Source of the DNA: Opitutaceae bacterium
GTDB taxonomy: Bacteria; Verrucomicrobiota; Verrucomicrobiia; Opitutales; Opitutaceae
Assembly: GCA_018667915.1 (NCBI GenBank)
Contig: JABIRI010000353.1
Span: 5,768 to 69,767 of the forward strand
Reading direction: 5' to 3'
DNA length: 64,000 bases
Below the pieces are notes generated by a model. The model saw only the letters and a list, made by a program, of their open reading frames with translations, was not told where the DNA came from and did not search any database. Shown piece after piece: positions 59,282-64,000 of the stretch (position 1 is the stretch's first letter; the number at the start of each line of letters is the position of its first letter). Made by a program: the position numbers and the translations under genes.

Positions 59282-59691
59282 GATAACAGAGGGCCGGCAC
59301 CGAGGGCGTAAGCGGCTATTCCAGCGATCAAGAATCCCATCGGGAGACCGATCTTACCTTCTCGCTGTTGCGTGAAAACTTCCTTCAGGCGATCGCTATG
59401 ATCGATGCGGAAGAGTTCGACCAGCATGTAGACGGCCATGGCGAAGTTACCCCACAACAGAACAACGGGTAGCCACAGTATTCGGGCCGCGAGTGATTGT
59501 TCCTTCCATGCCACAAACACGTAAAATGTGATGAACGCGAAGTAGGCGTCGAACAGGGTGGCAACGAACCACGGGTTGGTGAACACGTCACGTGGAATCC
59601 CGAAGATCGGCTGTTCTAGGCTCGCCCAAATGATCAGCGCGGACATCGCCGCGAAGATCCCGATAAACAAAAGACGGAGAAACCAGAGCAT
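59278..59691 (-). CDS. Small four-TM membrane protein (possibly DUF1475-like)
   Basis: 137 aa, hydrophobic, Trp/Phe-rich, ATGA overlap with the downstream gene. The family name is from memory only. Confidence 0.55.
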   Translation of the reverse strand: MLWFLRLLFIGIFAAMSALIIWASLEQPIFGIPRDVFTNPWFVATLFDAYFAFITFYVFVAWKEQSLAARILWLPVVLLWGNFAMAVYMLVELFRIDHSDRLKEVFTQQREGKIGLPMGFLIAGIAAYALGAGPLLS

Positions 59692-59712
59692 GAGAAGTGG
59701 TGGGATCAGAGA

Positions 59713-61011
59713 TTATCCCGCGAGGAAGTTTGCGCGGGTGTGCACGGTTTGCACGACGGAGATATTGCGGAGACCGAAGGCAGCTTCGCAGTAGTGCAGG
59801 TAGTATTCCCACTTACGAATGAATCGGTCGTCGAAGCCGAGAGCGCGCACGTCGTCGAGGCGACGGGAGAACGCGCTCTGCCAATGACGCAGTGTGATGG
59901 TGTAGTCCAAGCCATGATCCTCCAGGCCGCGCAGCACAAAATTGCCCGATTGGGCGAGCAGTTGGTTGATCCGATTGGTCGAGAGGAGTAACGAGCCGGG
60001 AAAAATGTGTTTTTGGATAAAGTCTACCCCTTTGCGGAATTCCTCGTAGCGGCCATCCGGGCAGGTGATAAATTGCAACGCCACGCGACCCGATGGTTTG
60101 AGCAAGCGGGCGATGGCTTCGGCGAAGGCGGTTTGGTAGCGGTGGCCAAGTGCCTCCATCATTTCGATCGATACAATCTTATCGTAGCTCCCGGTGATGT
60201 CGCGGAAGTCTCTCAGTTGGACGTCAATCCGATCAGAGAGCCCTGCATCAGCGATGCGTTGGACGGCTAGATCGCGCTGCTCTTTTGAAATGGTGACCGT
60301 GGTGACCTTGCAGTCGTGATTTTTAACGGCGTGTATCGCCCAGCCACCCCAGCCTGTGCCGATTTCCAATACGTGGTCCCCGGTTTGAAGCTGCAGTTTT
60401 TGGCAAAGTGCCTCATTTTTGGCCGCTTGGGCTTCGATCAGTGGGGTGTCCACGGCCGCGAAATGCGCGCCGGAATACATCATGTTTTGGTCGAGGAAGA
60501 GGGCGAAGAATTCGTTGGAGAGATCGTAGTGTTCGCTGATGTTACGTCGGGCAGTCGTGCGATTGTTGGGCCGAAGGAGGTGCCCGAAACGATTGGCGAT
60601 GCGCAGCAGGTTTACCGCGCGATCTTTCCAGCGTTTGCGTTTCGATCCGGAAAGCGTGGGGGCATTTTCAACGTTGTTGATAAACCATCCGATGACGGCC
60701 GTGAGATCGGAGGATTCCCAATCTCCGTCAACGAAGCTTTCGCCGAAACCGATATCGCCAGCGAGCACGCATTTTTTGAAAAATGACTCCCGCCGAACTC
60801 GAATTGCGGCGTGAGGTGAGATACCCATATTCAGATCCGCTTGAGGTGCCGGGTCGCCAAACAGCAGTTGGCCGCCTTCAGGTAATTCGATGATGAGGGA
60901 ACCCCGATCCATGCCCGTAAGCGCATCGACGAGCAGTCGTCGGCTAAGACTGGCGTGGGCTCCGGAGGTGGTGTTTTCAGTGGAAGTGAGGGTGGCGGAA
61001 CGAGAGTTCAT
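59713..61011 (-). CDS. Cyclopropane-fatty-acyl-phospholipid-synthase-family methyltransferase (long form, 432 aa)
   Basis: HYDLSNEFF, VLEIGTGWGG (SAM motif I), VSIEMMEALG, WEYYLHYCEAAF. ATG at 61011 chosen. Confidence 0.9.
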   Translation of the reverse strand: MNSRSATLTSTENTTSGAHASLSRRLLVDALTGMDRGSLIIELPEGGQLLFGDPAPQADLNMGISPHAAIRVRRESFFKKCVLAGDIGFGESFVDGDWESSDLTAVIGWFINNVENAPTLSGSKRKRWKDRAVNLLRIANRFGHLLRPNNRTTARRNISEHYDLSNEFFALFLDQNMMYSGAHFAAVDTPLIEAQAAKNEALCQKLQLQTGDHVLEIGTGWGGWAIHAVKNHDCKVTTVTISKEQRDLAVQRIADAGLSDRIDVQLRDFRDITGSYDKIVSIEMMEALGHRYQTAFAEAIARLLKPSGRVALQFITCPDGRYEEFRKGVDFIQKHIFPGSLLLSTNRINQLLAQSGNFVLRGLEDHGLDYTITLRHWQSAFSRRLDDVRALGFDDRFIRKWEYYLHYCEAAFGLRNISVVQTVHTRANFLAG

Positions 61012-61039
61012 GTTAATTGAAAAGAGGGGAACGGCGGGG

Positions 61040-61933
61040 TCAGGACTGAGGAGCGGGAGAAACCACGGTGTCGGTTTTGGCGGGCTCAGTGAGGGATTCG
61101 TGAGGGCGGTATAGATTGTTTTGATCCGCGGTGCGATGGTTCTTGGCAAACCAAGGCACGCGCTTGATCCAGAGCCGCAGGGCGTGCCAGTGGATCAGAA
61201 AGATCACGCGCAGGGTGAGGAGCGGGTAAGTGAAAATGAAACCCGCCAGCGCCCGATCGCTAAACGCCCGGGCGGATCCCGTGATGGCCGTCGCGAGGTT
61301 ACGACGTTCGCCCTCGAGGTCGTCGATCTGGACGGTCAACCGATTGACGCTCGGCCGCAGTTTGAATTCGAACTCCACATCTACGTCGGAAAATGGAGAG
61401 ACATAAAAATTCTTCGGCGTGCGGCGATGGAACCCTTTTTCGTCGCGATCGATCGCGCTCAGGAGGTAGGGTTTCATTTCATGAAATGTATTGGTGACCT
61501 CCACGATGCTGGCGATCAGTTCGCCGGTCGTATCCCGCACATAGTAAAATGAAACGGGGTTGAACCGATAGCCCAACATGCGGGGGAGGGTAATCAACTC
61601 GACCCGGACCGTGCTATCAGCCTCAACGCCATGCGTGTTGAGGTAACGCACCACACGCTCCTTTAACGTAGGTTGGTCGTCGGGTTTGTAACCATAATGG
61701 TTACTCGTAGCGCCTGCGGTGCCGGGGTGGAGGTCCTCGGTTAAGGGCAGGAAATCACTGGTGCGGAGACTGAAGAGGTTACCACGATCAACCGAAAATA
61801 GGCGGTGTTTCTGGTGCAGTTCAGTCAGTTCGTCCAAATCGATCGAACACATGAACAGCCGATATACGAACTGGTGCGCTTTGGGAAAAAAGCGCGCGTG
61901 CATGACGCTACATTCGTAAAATTTTGACCGCAT
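61040..61933 (-). CDS. DUF1365-family protein
   Basis: YECSVMHARFFPKAHQFVYRLFMCSIDLDEL is the characteristic N-terminus. Confidence 0.85.
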   Translation of the reverse strand: MRSKFYECSVMHARFFPKAHQFVYRLFMCSIDLDELTELHQKHRLFSVDRGNLFSLRTSDFLPLTEDLHPGTAGATSNHYGYKPDDQPTLKERVVRYLNTHGVEADSTVRVELITLPRMLGYRFNPVSFYYVRDTTGELIASIVEVTNTFHEMKPYLLSAIDRDEKGFHRRTPKNFYVSPFSDVDVEFEFKLRPSVNRLTVQIDDLEGERRNLATAITGSARAFSDRALAGFIFTYPLLTLRVIFLIHWHALRLWIKRVPWFAKNHRTADQNNLYRPHESLTEPAKTDTVVSPAPQS

Positions 61934-61959
61934 TTCGCCTGCACTATGCGAGAATTAAG

Positions 61960-62081
61960 CGGGACCGCAAACTCTTGGCTAATAAAATTAGACATTAATT
62001 AGACATGACTGTTAATCAAAAACAATACATATCAGTAAATATATAACTATAAATTAGTTATAATGGAGATATTATTATACT
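61960..62081 (-). promoter_or_regulatory. AT-rich intergenic island with a tandem 10-mer and a perfect inverted repeat (candidate internal promoter/operator)
   Basis: AATTAGACAT occurs twice (61986-61995, 61997-62006). TATAACTA-N5-TAGTTATA lies at 62042-62062. TATAAT on the minus strand at 62074-62079. Confidence 0.5.
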
Positions 62082-63371
62082 CTAGTTGCTACCCCACGGG
62101 TCTTCGCCGAGCAAGATACTACACAATTGAACCGCACTCCAGAGGCCATCTTCATGGAAACCATAACGTTGGTAGGCGCCCACGAAGTAGGTATTGGTCG
62201 TGCCGCTGGCATCGGCATTGAGTCCCTCGATGTCATCCTGAGCGTTCAGCGCGTCCAGATCAAATAGCGGATGAGCATAGTTGATGGTCTGCTGGACCTG
62301 AGCGGAATCGATATCGGCGGCACGATTGATTGAGACGAAAAACTCTTCCTCGTCGCTCACTCCTTGCAGGGAGTTCATCCAGTAGTGGGTGGCGGGATCG
62401 ATCCGACCTTCCGATCCACGGACGAGTTGATAGTTCCAGCTTGACCAAGCGCGTTTGGTTCGGGGCATTACCGCCGTGTCAGTGTGTAGGGTCGCGGTAT
62501 TGGTCTGAAAGGCGAAACAGCGCAGAATACGAGACTCTTCCGGAGTGGGATTGACCAACAATTTCAGCGCCACGTTGGCGTGCGTGGCCATGATGACTTG
62601 GTCAAACGCCCCTGCTTCACCTTGGGCAGTCATGACGATGACCTTGGATCCGGTGCGCACGATGCGCGTTGCGGCATGACTGGTGTGGATTCGGTCGCGG
62701 AATGGCTCGCACACGCGCTTCACGTATTCGCGGCTGCCGCCGTCGAGTGTCCACCATTGGTGCTGGGTGCTGAGGCCGAGGAACCCGTGGTTGTGAAAAA
62801 ATCGAAGCAAACTCGATGCAGGAAACTGCAGCATTTTTTCGGGTGGCGTGCTCCATACCGCCGAACTCATCGGCACGAGGTAGAGGTTGAAAAAATCTTC
62901 TCCGTAACCACGCGACCGCACGTAGTCGGCGAGGGTGACGTTGCGCAGACTCGGATCATCCAGCGCCTTGGTCGCATCTTTGTTGAAGCGGTTCACGGCC
63001 AGCAGCATTTTGATGAAACGCGGACTGAAGAGGTTCTTGCGCTGGGCAAATAAGTGATTGAGGGACGTGCCGCTCCACTCGAGACCGGACTCGTCATCTC
63101 TCACCGAGAACGACATCGAGGTCTTTTTGGTCGGCACTTTGAACTGCTCGAACAAGCGGCAAAGGTGTGGGTAGGTCTCGTGGTTGAAGACCATGAATCC
63201 GGTATCAACGGGAACGGTTCGGCCGGACTTGGATTCGGTCGCTTCAACGGTGTTGGCGTGGCCGCCGATGTGGTCGTCGGATTCGAAAACCGTCACATCA
63301 TGGTGCGGATGTAGGAAGTGAGCACAGCCCAACCCGGAAATGCCGGAGCCGATGATGGCAATTCGAGCCAT
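62082..63371 (-). CDS. NAD/FAD-dependent oxidoreductase (COG2907, amine-oxidase/phytoene-desaturase-like)
   Basis: IAIIGSGISGLGCAHFL...VTVFESDDHIGGHANT dinucleotide-binding motif. 429 aa. Confidence 0.88.
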   Translation of the reverse strand: MARIAIIGSGISGLGCAHFLHPHHDVTVFESDDHIGGHANTVEATESKSGRTVPVDTGFMVFNHETYPHLCRLFEQFKVPTKKTSMSFSVRDDESGLEWSGTSLNHLFAQRKNLFSPRFIKMLLAVNRFNKDATKALDDPSLRNVTLADYVRSRGYGEDFFNLYLVPMSSAVWSTPPEKMLQFPASSLLRFFHNHGFLGLSTQHQWWTLDGGSREYVKRVCEPFRDRIHTSHAATRIVRTGSKVIVMTAQGEAGAFDQVIMATHANVALKLLVNPTPEESRILRCFAFQTNTATLHTDTAVMPRTKRAWSSWNYQLVRGSEGRIDPATHYWMNSLQGVSDEEEFFVSINRAADIDSAQVQQTINYAHPLFDLDALNAQDDIEGLNADASGTTNTYFVGAYQRYGFHEDGLWSAVQLCSILLGEDPWGSN

Positions 63372-63373
63372 GG

Positions 63374-64000
63374 TCAGCTGCTTTGGGCGGCGCGGGTGCG
63401 CTCGACCTTCAGTTCCGGTGGATCGGTCCGTCGGCCTTCCTCAAGCACGGTTTGAGGCACGGCTTTGAAGCCCCAAATCAGTCCGGTCCAAGCGAGGAGC
63501 TTGAGGCCGTAGTAAGTGGGGTCGATTTCCCACCAGTAGAAACCGTTGCGGGTCGAGCTCTGATAGCGGTGGTGGTTATTGTGCCAACCTTCGCCGAGAC
63601 AGATTATCGAGAGGATGAAACTATTGCGGGAATCATCGTCGGTTTTGAAGCGCCGTTTGCCCATGAGATGGGCCATAGAGTTGATGCACGCCGTGCCATG
63701 GAACAACGCCGTTGTGCTGATAAAGAAGCCCCAGATAAGAAGTTGTGGACCCGTCACGCCGAGGCCGGGAGCCCAAGCTTCCAAGCCAGCGCCAAGCCCG
63801 TAGATCCCCAAGGCGAATATAAGGGGCACGATAAGGTCGAAGCGGTTAAGAAAGACCAATTCGGGATACTTGGTCAGGTCCTTGATCTGGGAGTAGTCGG
63901 TCGGAAAATTGCGTTTGCTGGTGATCCAACCGATATGCGACCAAAGAAAACCATGCACGACGGGAGAGTGTGCATCGTGCTCGTCGTCGCTATGGCGGTG
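63374..64000 (-). CDS. Membrane fatty-acid (acyl-CoA/acyl-lipid) desaturase; 5' end lies outside the window
   Basis: The frame is open to the window edge (HRHSDDEHDAHSPVVHGFLWSHIGW). HNNHHRY histidine box. EIDPTYY. Confidence 0.88.
   Translation of the reverse strand, partial: HRHSDDEHDAHSPVVHGFLWSHIGWITSKRNFPTDYSQIKDLTKYPELVFLNRFDLIVPLIFALGIYGLGAGLEAWAPGLGVTGPQLLIWGFFISTTALFHGTACINSMAHLMGKRRFKTDDDSRNSFILSIICLGEGWHNNHHRYQSSTRNGFYWWEIDPTYYGLKLLAWTGLIWGFKAVPQTVLEEGRRTDPPELKVERTRAAQSS

Overview
Dense, collinear chromosomal segment with GC in the high 50s % by eye and about 62 protein-coding genes. I found no rRNA, tRNA, CRISPR array, transposase or integrase. The gene content points to a Verrucomicrobiota (PVC, Opitutia-like) genome. 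The markers are a PVC-type heme-binding CxxCH dehydrogenase fusion, a PEP-CTERM protein, ThuA with several Gfo/Idh/MocA oxidoreductases, a GPP34 protein, and mostly Shine-Dalgarno-poor starts. This placement is an inference. Housekeeping genes are ftsK, rodZ-like, grpE-dnaJ, katG, aroE, purN, argC, prmA, yggS, tatA, manA-like and an RluA-family gene. Accessory modules are interspersed: LytS/LytTR next to a MacA/ABC exporter with a split ATPase and two FtsX permeases; UbiB plus a phasin-like gene; an ECF sigma/anti-sigma/PDZ operon; NfeD-NfeD-FloA; and a sugar-oxidation island. Four observations stand out. (1) A nine-gene, translationally coupled minus-strand lipid-modification cluster (56174-64000) encodes a desaturase, COG2907 FAD oxidoreductase, DUF1365, two CFA-synthase-family methyltransferases, DUF1295, DUF2062, a small membrane protein and a TPR protein. 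It resembles an expanded furan/methylated fatty-acid pathway and is interrupted by a sharply AT-rich, repeat-bearing 148-bp gap. (2) A four-helix-bundle (23S rRNA IVS-protein family) gene lies inside inverted arrays of GATTKSG heptamers between the two permease genes, and an ORF-less copy of the same inverted arrays follows the second permease. (3) A PEP-CTERM HExxH protein is split by a frameshift at a G5 run. (4) A small gene remnant carries an in-frame TAA. All calls rest on motif recognition by eye; no database search was run.
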